Of a stretch of DNA of 64,000 nt, positions 34,842 through 46,083 are shown piece by piece. The notes below the pieces were generated by a model that was given only the letters and a program-made list of their open reading frames with translations, ran no database searches and had not been told where the DNA came from. Source of the stretch: Macrostomum lignano (lineage: Eukaryota); contig NIVC01002440.1 in the NCBI GenBank assembly GCA_002269645.1, positions 109,484-173,483 of the forward strand. The letters are read 5' to 3'. Numbering within the stretch: position 1 is the stretch's first letter; every line of letters begins with the position of its first letter. The position numbers were made by a program, and so were the translations under genes.

Positions 34842-36059
34842 CAGCACCAGCAGAACTCAGGCGCCCGCGCCGGCGACGTCGCCCGCAACGAGATCGAGGC
34901 CCGCGTGCTGCTGTTCTGGAACCACGAGCTGCGGGCCATCGAGTCCATGCCCCCCGAGCTGTCCGCCTTCAAGAACGCCGAGCTGCCGCTGGCGCGCATC
35001 AAGAAGATCATGAAGCTGGACGATGACGTCAAGGGCATGATGATAGCCGCCGAGGCGCCGCTTCTGTTCTCCAAGGCCGCTGAGATCTTCATCCGGGAGC
35101 TCACCATCCGTGCCTGGGCGCACACCGAGCGGGCCAGGCGGCGGACTCTGCAGCGTAACGACATCGCCATGAGCGTCGGCGACCCCGACACCGACCAGTT
35201 CGACTTCCTCATCGACATCGTGCCAAGGGAGGAGATGCGGCCTGCCGGGCAAACCGAGACTGGCAAGCAGGTGAGTGAATGAATGAGTGGGTGAGTGAGT
35301 GAGTGGGTGAGTGAGTGAGTGAGTGGGTGAGAATGGGTGACATAACCATCCCGCCCCCGCATTGCCATCTTCAGTCCGTCCCGACCCAACCATCCCGCCC
35401 CCGCAGTGCCATCTTCAGTCCGTCCCGACCCAACCATCCCGCCCCCGCAGGCCGCACAGGGTGCTGCAGTGTCGGCCGCGGACCATCAGCAGCAGCAGGC
35501 GGTGCAGCTGTCGCAGGATGCGGTGCAGGAGGCAGCGGTGGCGGCGCCGGTGCAGTACGTCATCCAGCTGCCTGTCAGCGCTGCGGGTGGGCCCGCCGTA
35601 TCCGCCAATGGGCAGCAGCAGGCGGTGCAGATCTTCTTCAACAGCTCGGAGGAGGCGGCGGCGGCCGGTATTCTCACCAGTGCCGGCCAGGAGCTGCCGC
35701 AGGACTCGCAGCAGCTGCAGCAGCTGGAGGAGCCGCAGGCCGCCGCCGCCGCCGTGGACTCCGACGCCCTGGTGATGGACGTGAAGCCGGTTATCGCGCA
35801 GCAGCCCGAGGATGCTGAAGCGGGGGGATTTGCTGCAGCCGTTGAAGCTGCCGCCGCGGACTCGCAGGTCGCTGCCGCCGACGTCCCCGACGCCGCCGCT
35901 GTGCCTGTCGATCCGGTCGACGCCGCGGTTAGCGCGGCTGAAGAAGCTCCTCCAACTGCCGCCTCCACAGGCATCGCCGAAGAGGCCGCCGCTGCCGCAC
36001 CCGCTGCTGAATCCGCTTCGCCCGCGGCCGCGGCGGAAACTGGGGACACCGCCGCCTGA
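34842..36059 (+). CDS. NFYC: Nuclear transcription factor Y subunit gamma, exons 34842-35270 and 35451-36059; no ATG upstream of the histone fold in this exon
   Basis: FW...ELPLARIKKIMKLDDDVKGMMIAAEAPLLFSKAAEIFIRELTIRAWAHTERARRRTLQRNDIA...DQFDFLIDIVPREE; Q/A-rich tail; GTGAGT donor and CCCCGCAG acceptor. Confidence 0.95.
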
Positions 36060-36129
36060 GGCAGCAGCTTTCGGCTGCACAGCCTGTTGGGGTCCGATCT
36101 GTGACTGCGTGCTGCTCGCTGTTGGGCTG

Positions 36130-36730
36130 CAAGTAGCTGCTCACTGTTGTGTTTGTTGCAAGCAGCTGCTCACTTGTGTTTGTTGCAAGCAGCTGCTCAC
36201 TGTTGTGTTTGTTGCAAGCAGCTGCTCACTGTTGTGTTTGTTGCAATCAGCTGCTCACTTGTGTTTGTTGCAAGCAGCTGCTCACTGTTGTGTTTGTTGC
36301 AAGCAGCTGCTCACTGTTGTGTTTGTTGCAAGCAGCTGCTCACTGTTGTGTTTGTTGCAAGCAGCTGCTCACTGTTGTGTTTGTTGCAATCAGCTGCTCA
36401 CTTGTGTTTGTTGCAAGCAGCTGCTCACTGTTGTGTTTGTTGCAAGCAGCTGCTCACTGTTGTGTTTGTTGCAAGCAGCTGCTCACTGTTGTGTTTATTG
36501 CAATCAGCTGCTCACTTGTGTTTGTTGCAATCAGCTGCTCACTTGTGTTTGTTGCAATCAGCTGCTCACTTGTGTTTGTTGCAATCAGCTGCTCACTTGT
36601 GTTTGTTGCAAGCAGCTGCTCACTTGTGTTTGTTGCAAGCAGCTGCTCACTTGTGTTTGTTGCAAGCAGCTGCTCACTTGTGTTTGTTGCAAGCAGCTGC
36701 TCACTTGTGTTTGTTGCAAGCAGCTGCTCC
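36130..36730. repeat. 27/29-bp minisatellite 3' of NF-YC
   Basis: Unit gcagctgctcac(tg)ttgtgtttgttgcaa. Confidence 0.97.
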
Positions 36731-37507
36731 CTAATCAGTCAGCATTGAGAATCCCCTATCTGTTTTGCTTAGAATCCCTGGATCTGAGGATCTAGATCAA
36801 GTTTTATTAGCCTATTATGCAATCTGCTTGTTATCCGCTTGTATTCCTGTAAATAGTCTACATTTACCCGCAACTTTTATTCCCTCTCGCTTTTATTGTT
36901 ACGCAAATGTTGTGCTGACTACTTTTATTAGTAAAGATTGACTTTTCCGACACGCGTTTCTGATTGACTTCTTTGTCTTTTTTATTGTAATCATTTATCA
37001 GCGAGTGGGCAGGGCTGATTCTGACGGAATCTCCATCCTTGTCAGCAGCCTGGCCGCTCAGTCTAGTCAAATCTGATGTCACTTTGCCCCAGTTTTACAG
37101 TGAGCTGCACTGAAGCTTGAAGATCCCCTGGCCTCTGCAACATTCTTATGCGACCAAATCAACTGTCTGAATAGCAAATTATTTCACTCTGTCCGGCAAT
37201 ATTTGTTGTTCCCCGTTTTTTACAATCTTTTTGCATCTCACCATGGCCTCTGTGTCAGCTTTATACAGTCTGTAGCATGCTTCATTCATTGCTAACATAC
37301 ACGAGTTTTCAGTGCTCAGCGCATCTGACACTTTGGCTGGGTTTTGGTTCTCCACTCCAGAAACCAGTTCCGCTTGTCTGTTTGTGGCAACTTAATTTGA
37401 ACAAATGCAATCTGTGAAAATCCGTTTCTCTGTGAATTCGTACAACGGTATTCGGAAATGGATTTTTGGGATCACTGAGCGGAGTCCAGCCTGCCGTCCA
37501 TTTAAGC

Positions 37508-37810
37508 GCCACAGCCCAGACTAGTGGTCTAAAGGTGCAACGCTCTTATGTGCCAGCGGCCCAGGCTCGATTCCTAGTTGTAGTCACATCAATTTTGAGC
37601 TCAATTAGCGCCAAAGCGCAGTGAAGTGTACATGCCTAACGATAAATATAGCTAGGGCCGCTGTACACTCCTGTGTGAGCGTGTGCCTGTGCGTTTGACT
37701 GCGTACGTATCCGCGCGCTTGTGTGCCTGCTCAGGGGAGTCGGCGGAATGGACAGCAATGCCTCTCTGCGGTTGTGACAACGTCGCTTAAAAATCGAAAT
37801 CAAAATTATT
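37508..37810 (+). mobile_element. Possible tRNA-derived SINE (decayed tRNA-like head at 37508-37586)
   Basis: A-box-like TAGTGGTCTAA and B-box-like GGCTCGATTCC inside the stem CCAGG/CCTAG, a CGCT/AGCG anticodon-like stem, then a unique body and an A-rich end. Confidence 0.4.
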
Positions 37811-38519
37811 AAAACCAGACTAAAAGCTACGTGTACAGGTAGAGGCGCTAGAATTTCAACAGAAATACATCGGAGTGGATTCCTGACCCTACATGTAATT
37901 CAGCTCACGTGATTCGGGCTTCTATATGGGATTAAACAATGATTACCTTGGTTAAGACGGGAGAATTGGAAAAGCCTGGTGTCCGGCCCACAGATACTAT
38001 AAACTATAAACTAGTGTTTATAGTATCTGTGGTCCTGCCTGACTGCCTTCAAACCGGCAGGCTGGCTCAGCTGCAGGAGCAAAGCGGATGTGCATGCATG
38101 GTGCAGGGGATGGCAAAGTGTAGCACAGACCAGAAGCGACAGAAACTTGACGGTAAACACGGTGGGGGGGGGGCAATGCAAACTTGAGAAGGAAAGGGGG
38201 CAGATCGCAGAGCAGCAGATGCGGGAACTATTGAGCGCAGTTGCGCTGGCAACAAAAAGAAAATAACGGAAACCGGCATCCATGCCGCGAAGCAAGTTTA
38301 CGGGAAATGTTTTGCTCCGGAAATATGGGGGGTAAACGTCTTCCTGCTCGTAGCGGAGATAAACTCCCCACAATTTCCATTGTCGGCCAGAATTGAAAGA
38401 ATTTCAACCAAAGCATCTGTGGCGACCGGCTACAATTTTACTTGCAGAAATCCACAACTTTGGAGCCTGAAAAACTGCCTTCTGAAACCAGATAACCCTA
38501 TAAACATTTCTAAGAAAGC

Positions 38520-39969
38520 ATGGAATTCGCCGCAGGCCGCATCTGCCTGCTGCTGATAACCAGCTGTATTGCCGTCAACGCGGAGTGCGATGACAGCTCC
38601 GCCCTGTTCCAGCCCAAAAGCATCTGTCCCGCTGAACCGTTCGGCGTGGAGGCGGTGCCCGCGCCCAGCGAGTCCGAGTGCGTGCTCCGCTGCACCCTGA
38701 GCAGCGGGTGCCGGCAGTCCGTGTACCTGACAGACAGTCGTGTCTGCTACAGCCTGCCACATGCGGCTGTAGCTGCAGCCTGCAGTCCTGGAATGATCGC
38801 TAGAGGAAAGCTGTCTCCGACGACACCTCCCGCCCTGCTGTCGCTCTCGTTTTCCATGCAAATTGTTCTGCTGTACAACTTTCGAAAGAGCTACAAAAAT
38901 CTGGCCAACTCGTGTGAATTCCCAGCTGAGCCGGTGGGCATCGCCGAGCAGAACTCGATTGACGGAGTCCGCCTGCAGGGCTCGAGCAGCTCCCACGTGA
39001 AGGTCTCAACTCCCGGATTCTACAAATACTTCAACTACGGACAGAAGTTCAGCCTGTTCTTCCAAGGAAAATTTGGAATGAACTTCTCGTAAGTACACGT
39101 ATATGTGTTACGCGCATTTATTAATGCAAGATAAAGCCTTAAGCTCCAAACTGGAGCCAGAGTAACCTACATTGTATGTACACAAATGATACGCTATTCT
39201 GCTCACAGTGAAGCAGGGTTTGGCAAAAAGCAACCAAAACCTGACTGGGGATAGAGGAGAACGAGCAAGCGGATAATTATAGGGACCATTATGTCAATTT
39301 AAGCAGATTGTGGATTCCCAAATTATCCTCTTGCTTGTTCTCCCCTATCCCAAGTCCAATTTTCGTCGCGCATTTTGCTAAAAACAGCTTCCTTGTTGTC
39401 AGAGCAGAATGGCGTATTATTTGTGTACCAGGTTACTCGGGCTCCACTTTTTGATATTAAGTGACAGGCCTCTACAGCACTCTTAGAATTATGCAACTGG
39501 TAAGCAAGCTGCCGATGAAACTTCCAGATCCAAATGCTTTGGTGCATTCGTCGATGTCACGAGAAACGACATGTACTCGAGCACTTTCCATGCCGACATC
39601 CAGGGAAGAATTTCTACCAAAGTGTTTTTCCCAACCGGAGATGTGCTTTTCCGCCATTACACCAGCAACAACGCTCTGGATGTCGGCTCGGTTCAGAGAG
39701 TGGAGAGCGTCGGAATCAACTTTGATGGCCTGGACTTCGCTACCCCGGTTTACCTGAACGGAGCCACGGTGGCGCGCCAGACTTGGGGCGGTGGTCCCAG
39801 GAACTCGGGTGGCAGCCTGTACACCATCCACGACACCCTGCTGATTGGAAACTGCATGAGAAACGGAATCGAACCGTTTGACGGCTGGCTGCAGTGCTGG
39901 GCTCTGCTGACTGGAAACCTCGACACGAGCCAGTTCGACGAACTGCGGAACCTCTGCAACTCGCCGTGA
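38520..39969 (+). CDS. Secreted protein with a PAN/Apple-like domain and a ConA-like (LamG/pentraxin-type) domain, 2 exons (38520-39088, 39528-39969), 336 aa
   Basis: Signal peptide MEFAAGRICLLLITSCIAVNA; SESECVLRC...C...SVY...VCY (Apple pattern); VYLNG...TLLIGN...PFDGWLQCWALL...L (LamG pattern); phase-2 GT-AG intron. Confidence 0.7.
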
Positions 39970-41040
39970 ATCAGCAATCGAATGGCAACACAAAGCAGCT
40001 CGAACTGCTGATCCGATCGAGCTGGAGGATCTCAATAAACAAAATGGAGCTTTTCCCGATAATAATTGGTTTATGCCAGAATGTCCGGTTTCATTTTCAA
40101 GTACGGGGCAATATGAGAAAATTTTCGCAGAAAAGGTGGGTATTTGAGTGTTATTTTTCTGAGCCATCTCCGATCAAATTAGTGCTCATGTACTACCCTG
40201 TATTCCAGTTACCAGCAGAAGTTAAATAACAATTTGAATCACACAAATACAAGTGAAAAATCCTGTCCTTTTATAGGCTAACTCTGTCTATCTGCATTGC
40301 ACATTAAGTAGTTCTCTGTTAAATCACCATTCAATTTGTTACTAGCATAACCACAATACATGCACAGTACTCTCCCAAGATCGTACATGCCAGAGTCGCC
40401 AAAAATAGTGTCAAAATCATCACTTAGAAGCCCATGCGACTAGCTAATTAAGAAATTAAGCCCAGGGTTCATAAGGTAACTAACCTATCTACGTCAAGTT
40501 GTGACCCCCAAAGCTTTACAAACACTCGATAATCGTTAATAAATTAAGAATTAATTGATAGCCACTTTATGGTGACAGTTTTGTCTAACAAACTTCACAC
40601 CGAAATTAGCGAAATAAGAGAGCATCGAAACGAACAGAACATTTTCAATATTAGCAAGGCAATGAAATGAGTCCAATATTAGTTCAAAGCACAATGGCTT
40701 TCTCAATGTATCATCAGAATATGTACACAGCAAAAAACAAGAAAGCTGTACTGGCAGGAACCCTAACCATAACACAAGTTAACAGCTGTCATACGTTGCT
40801 AATGCTTAAATTTAACGCATTTACGATATTACAGCTTCTACTGAATGAGTTAACAGTGCAATCTGTCTTCCCAGCTCTAAGGTGAAATCCTATCAGTTAC
40901 TTTATCAAATGACATTCAGGGTGAATTGAAAACCAGGCACCGCCTACAGCAAACTGTTGGGTATTAATAAACAGAGATTTACTGATTAACACAATAATGT
41001 GAGTATAAAAATCTTCCACTAGCCAGCAACTTGCACACTG

Positions 41041-44000
41041 CTAACTGCTGAACACTGTCAGCATGAGTAGTATGACAAAGATGTTCCACAGGCCGATAAA
41101 CACGCGAAAGTAGCGAAGGCTGCGCAGAAACTCTCGCGTTTTGTCCCCGAAGGAGGCGCGGCTGGCGTCCTCAAACTCGAATTGGTGCTGCTTCTCGTCT
41201 CTCCTGGGGTTCGAGAGTGGGTTTGAGCAGTGTGGTGTTGGAGTACCAGCAGTGTGAATTGGTTGGCATTGGAGCACCAGCAGTGTGAGTCGGGTGGCAT
41301 TGGAGCACCAGCAGTGTGAGTTGGGTGGCATTGGAGCACCAGCAGTGAGTTGGGTGGCATTGGAGCACCAGCAGTGTGAGTTGGGTGGCATTGGAGCACC
41401 AGCAGAGTGAGTTGGGTGGCATTATTGAAGTGCCAGCAGTGAGTTGGGTGGCATTGGAGCACCAGAAGTGAGTTGGGTGGCATTGGAGCACCAGCAGTGT
41501 GAGTTGGGTGGCATTGGAGCACCAGCAGTGTGAGTTGGGTGGCATTGGAGCACCAGCAGAGTGAGTTGGGTGGCATTATTGAAGTGCCAGCAGTGAGTTG
41601 GGTGGCATTGGAGCACCAGAAGTGAGTTGGGTGGCATTGGAGCACCAGCAGTGAGTTGGGTGGCATTGGAGCACCAGCAGTGTGAGTTGGGTGGCATTGG
41701 AGCACCAGTGTGAGTTGGGTGGCATTGGAGCACCAGTGTGAGTTGGGTGGCATTGGAGCACCAGCAGTGAGTTGGGTGGCATTGGAGCACCAGCAGAGTG
41801 AGTTGGGTGGCATTATTGAAGTGCCAGCAGTGAGTTGGGTGGCATTATTGAAGTGCCAGCAGTGAGTTGGGTGGCATTGGAGCACCAGCAGTGTGAGTTG
41901 GGTGGCATTGGAGCACCAGCAGTGTGAGTTGGGTGGCATTGGAGCACCAGCAGTGTGAGTTGGGTGGCATTGGAGCACCAGCAGTGAGTTGGGTGGCATT
42001 GGAGCACCAGCAGAGTGAGTTGGGTGGCATTATTGAAGTGCCAGCAGTGAGTTGGGTGGCATTATTGAAGTGCCAGCAGTGAGTTGGGTGGCATTATTGA
42101 AGTGCCAGCAGTGAGTTGGGTGGCATTGGAGCACCAGCAGTGAGTTGGGTGGATTTATTGAAGTGCCAGCAGTGTGAATAGGATGTGCTTAGAGAACTAG
42201 TCAATAATGTTGGGGTGATTTTTTTGTCGAAAATTAGCCAATATTCAAATACATCACAATGTATCATTTTTTGCTTTCTATTTATTATACAGAAAAACAA
42301 AAGTTCAAAACTTACAATTTAAAGTTGAGAATTGCACAGGCATTGATGACAAGTGTTCTAAAATGGTTAAATAAAAAGGATACATAATGTTACATGCACA
42401 AAATCAAAAATTGAATACTATACACATAGTTTTTCCAGGGATTATAACTTCTAGTCAGTGAGTACCCTATAAATTATGGTAATCTAGTCTAGTATACAAA
42501 AGCCATTTGCAAAATTGGCATATACTTAAGCATATAGGAATAATATACAATTTGAATATATGCAATATAATCTAGATATTGCTACAAAAAATTAAGCATA
42601 TCTTAAAATAGCTAAATTTTAATTATTTATATTTAATATTAAGTACTAATATAGACCAAGAAGGAGGGAGCTACAAGTTACATGCTAATAGATAAACTGA
42701 AAATAGATAGAATCACATTATGCAATCAATAACTATATCTTATATGTAGCTCTCCCTAGGCCTATCTTAATAACTAATTATTGTTTATTATTATTATTAT
42801 TAAAGCTATATAGGGCTAGGCTTAATAAATGAAGTCTAAAAATTGTTATAATTTAGACTTTTATAATGCAAACATCTTAATAAACTTCTAGCTGCATATC
42901 ATGTATTACACGATTGTTTGAGACCTTGTTGTAGATAGGAATTCTCTCAAAAAAAACAATGTCAAGAGTAAAATATCCTAAAGTTACAATTACCTAAGTG
43001 CTTTAAATAAACTAAAATATTAACAAAAAGAAAAAAATTATCAACAAACTAAAACAATAGTTAATAGAGCTCCCCATTCTTGAATCTTATATTATATATT
43101 AAGGGCAATTGTCAAGTTTTGTTTGTTAACTTATTTTGACTAGAGAAAGTAATCTGCAAACTATTTTAAGTACAAACAAATACTTTTAAGATACCTTGGC
43201 CTGATTAAGCACTAATTTGATGCTTCAAAACTTTTTATAATGTATCTGACACTGGAAAGCTGCAATAGTCTATGGCTAGAACATTTAAACATTTTTTGAC
43301 TTGAATAAAGGTCTATAAATAAATTTCTATCTGCAACACAGATCTGCAATGCAGAGAGTAACACAGACAAAAAGAGATCTAGCTAGACTTTGTGCCGACA
43401 CGTTTGCAGAACAACCAAGAGAGGCAAGTCATGGCAGACTGGGGACTGAGCCTAGTGGCCTGCAAGTCAGTCAGAAACATATCATTTAGCGTCACAGTTT
43501 GGCCTTGGCCATAGCGCAGGCACTCAGTGGGCTGATGCAGGAGAGCCAGCACCAGAGGATTTAGCTTGCTGCAGCCGTGGCTTCTTAGGCAGTGGCCAAG
43601 TAATATCTGACAGCATTTATGGATAGTGCAGCTAAGCAGGGGAACACCAGCGCAAGTCATCAGGTCCCTGGTTGGCACAGTATCAGGGTAGTGCATGCCT
43701 AGGGCATAGCAGAGCAGTGACCCATAGTAGGCATCCAGGGCTTGCTGTCGCATCGAAGTCATTGGCACAGCCTCTATGCCATATAGGAGAATTGGCTCAA
43801 TGGCCTTTTGCAGAAAAGGCTTACGAGAAGAAAGCCAAGGCCCAGCATAGTTGTTGGAGCAGACTCCATTGAGCACCAAAAGGCCCTATTGGCTAACCAT
43901 TACCACAATATGCTCAATGCCCCTGCCTCATCACTACCACTGCTTTCAATACCAAACTTTAGACCAGCAGACACCAGTGCCTTCAACACTAGTCCTATTA

Positions 44001-46083
44001 TGGTGGACAAGGTCAGCCAAGCTCTAAAGACCATGCAAGCAAATGCTGCTGCCAGTGTTGACTTGATACCCCCAAGTAGAGGTCGGACGGGATCCCGATC
44101 CCGAAATCTCGGGATCCCGAGGAAAATTGAATTCCCGCGGGACCAGAATCCCGACCCTGAAAAACTCGAGATTCGGGAACAGGTCTTTTGATTAATAATT
44201 TATAGAATTAGTGATTACTTGAAGGTATTTTGCTTTAACTTGTACTCGTTACATTATTTACTTTGTTGGTTACAAAACTTCATATCAATTTCGTTGTGTT
44301 TTACTTCTTGATCTTGACAATCTTTTCTCAATTTTGTTTAACTTTACATGGACAATACACTAAAAGACCTGATCCCGATTCCCGAATCCTGATCCCAATC
44401 CCAAGAAAAAAATTATTCCTGATCCCGATCCCGCCCGAAGATTTCAATCCCGTCCGACCTCTACCCCCAAGGGTCTTAAAGCTTTCAGAACTGACTCTAG
44501 CAATTACCAGCTTGCTTAACAAGCACTGTGTTCTTGGAGGCAACGCCAAAGCCTACGCCCCTGCTCTATGGCACATTTCGAAGATAGTTTCTATTCCAAA
44601 GAAGGGCACCTCTACTAGCCTGGACAATAAGCATAGCATAGCATAGAATATACTGCGGCCTAGCTACTTAATGCAGTGCTGCGCAACTGCCTTCTGCCTA
44701 GGCTAAATCTGCTGCTTCTTAGCTGGCAAAGTGGTTTCAGACCAGGCAGGTCTATAACTGAGCAGGTTGCAACCATCCACTGCATCATTGAAGCCTATAA
44801 GATGCACCAGTGTTTCATCTCAATTGATTTTGTCAACTTCCACAAAGCATTCAACTTAGTTGACAGACCTACACTTCTATGGATTCTGTCCTACTATGGC
44901 ATTCCTTCTGAACCTGTAGCTGCTATGATGGACTTGTACAGTAATTCAAGAGCATTTGTTCAGTTGAGCAATGGCCCCATTAAAGAATTTAGCACAACTT
45001 CTGGCATCCTTCAGGGTGACACACTGGCTCCACTACTATTCATTGTTGTGGTAGACTATGTTCTTCGCCAATGCCTGCATGAAGATGATGGCTATGTGCT
45101 AATCTCATGCCAAAGCTCCCAATATCCTGCTATCTTACTGCTTGCTCTTGCCTATGCTGATGACATTGCTCTTCTATGTTGCAATCCAGCTGCTGCCCAA
45201 TGGGCTCTGTTTAGACTCTACAAGAGGGCACCTAAGTTGGCTTGGTGATCAATGCATCTAAGACTGATGTACTCCACGTGGGCATTGCAATTATCCCTGC
45301 ACTAGCTCTTCTAAATGGAGAAGTTGTCAAGGTGTGCAAGGACTTCCGCTACCTTGGCTCCCTTGTCTTGAGCCCTGACACCATTGTCTCTGACAGGAGG
45401 ACTCAGGCCTAGCATGCAACACACATGCTCAGGAGTGTCTTCAATTCAACCACTTGCGATGACCTAAAGGTTTATGGTCAAGTCAAAACATCAATGATCT
45501 TTAACAAGTTGACAAATAACAAATAACAAAAAGTCCTAAATTTAGCAAGGCTATGCTGCCATGCTTTGCAAGGGCTTTACAAACCCTATTTGAAACTTAG
45601 AGGAATTGTTGTATCAAGTATCAACTGAACCTAATGAAACCATTTGGGAATATCCTATTATAGATTTCCCTCTAGGCCTACTATAGTGCATAGGCCTAAA
45701 GCTTTTGCTGTTTGTTGGCAATTTGACCATAGACAAAGTCAAAATATTAAAAAAATTAATGAATGGAACTTGACAATTGCCTAAAATTCTAATATAGAGC
45801 CTACAATGGACCTGAAAAGTAAAAAATGGACAACATAAAGTATCTAATGTATAGAACATTTTGCTAGATAATTGAGGCAGAGCTGGCTTATGGCGTAGGC
45901 CATAGCTGTTAGCATATAAAAGACCAAAATGTTGTAATGCAAGTTTTGTTGCAACACAAAAAGGTCATTTATTGAAGCTATTGACATTATTTTTATTAAG
46001 CTTATTTTATTCTCAAATACAATAAAACTAGGCCTAGCTGAGATCATTTCTACTTACACTGCAATGACAAAATCGGAAATCAT
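41041..46083 (-). CDS. SMIM7: Small integral membrane protein 7, 3 exons (46058-46083, 42316-42357, 41041-41203), 76 aa
   Basis: Joined MISDFVIAVTLVINACAILNFKLRDEKQHQFEFEDASRASFGDKTREFLRSLRYFRVFIGLWNIFVILLMLTVFSS* matches recalled human SMIM7; two phase-2 introns with GTAAGT donors. Confidence 0.92.
41225..42175. repeat. 28-31-bp minisatellite filling SMIM7 intron 2
   Basis: Unit gtgagttgggtggcattggagcaccagcagt and variants. Confidence 0.97.
43363..45472. mobile_element. Decayed RTE/RTEX-like non-LTR retrotransposon with internal inversion (3' part on minus 43363-about 43840; RT on plus about 43830-45472)
   Basis: Plus strand: QSGFRPGRS, FVNFHKAFNLVDR, GILQGDTLAPLLFIVVVDY, LAYADDIALL, FRYLGS. 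Minus strand: AIEPILLYGIE...LLGHCLR. Stops and frameshifts are present. Confidence 0.88.
44077..44463. mobile_element. 387-bp non-autonomous hAT-type MITE inserted in the LINE
   Basis: Perfect 17-bp TIRs tagaggtcggacgggat / atcccgtccgacctcta; 8-bp TSD cccccaag at 44069-44076 and 44464-44471; subterminal gatcccg repeats. Confidence 0.93.

Noticed and set aside
36864-37512. Short minus-strand ORFs as exons of an extra gene
   Set aside because: No consistent splice chain or recognisable domain.
41058-41999. 313-aa ORF with MPPNSH repeats
   Set aside because: Intronic minisatellite of SMIM7; only its last 54 codons in the other frame are real.
43306-45475. taaaggt(c/t)tat at 43306 and 45465 as the LINE TSD
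   Set aside because: One mismatch, and the left copy is about 47 bp outside the 3' end shared with the 30466 copy.
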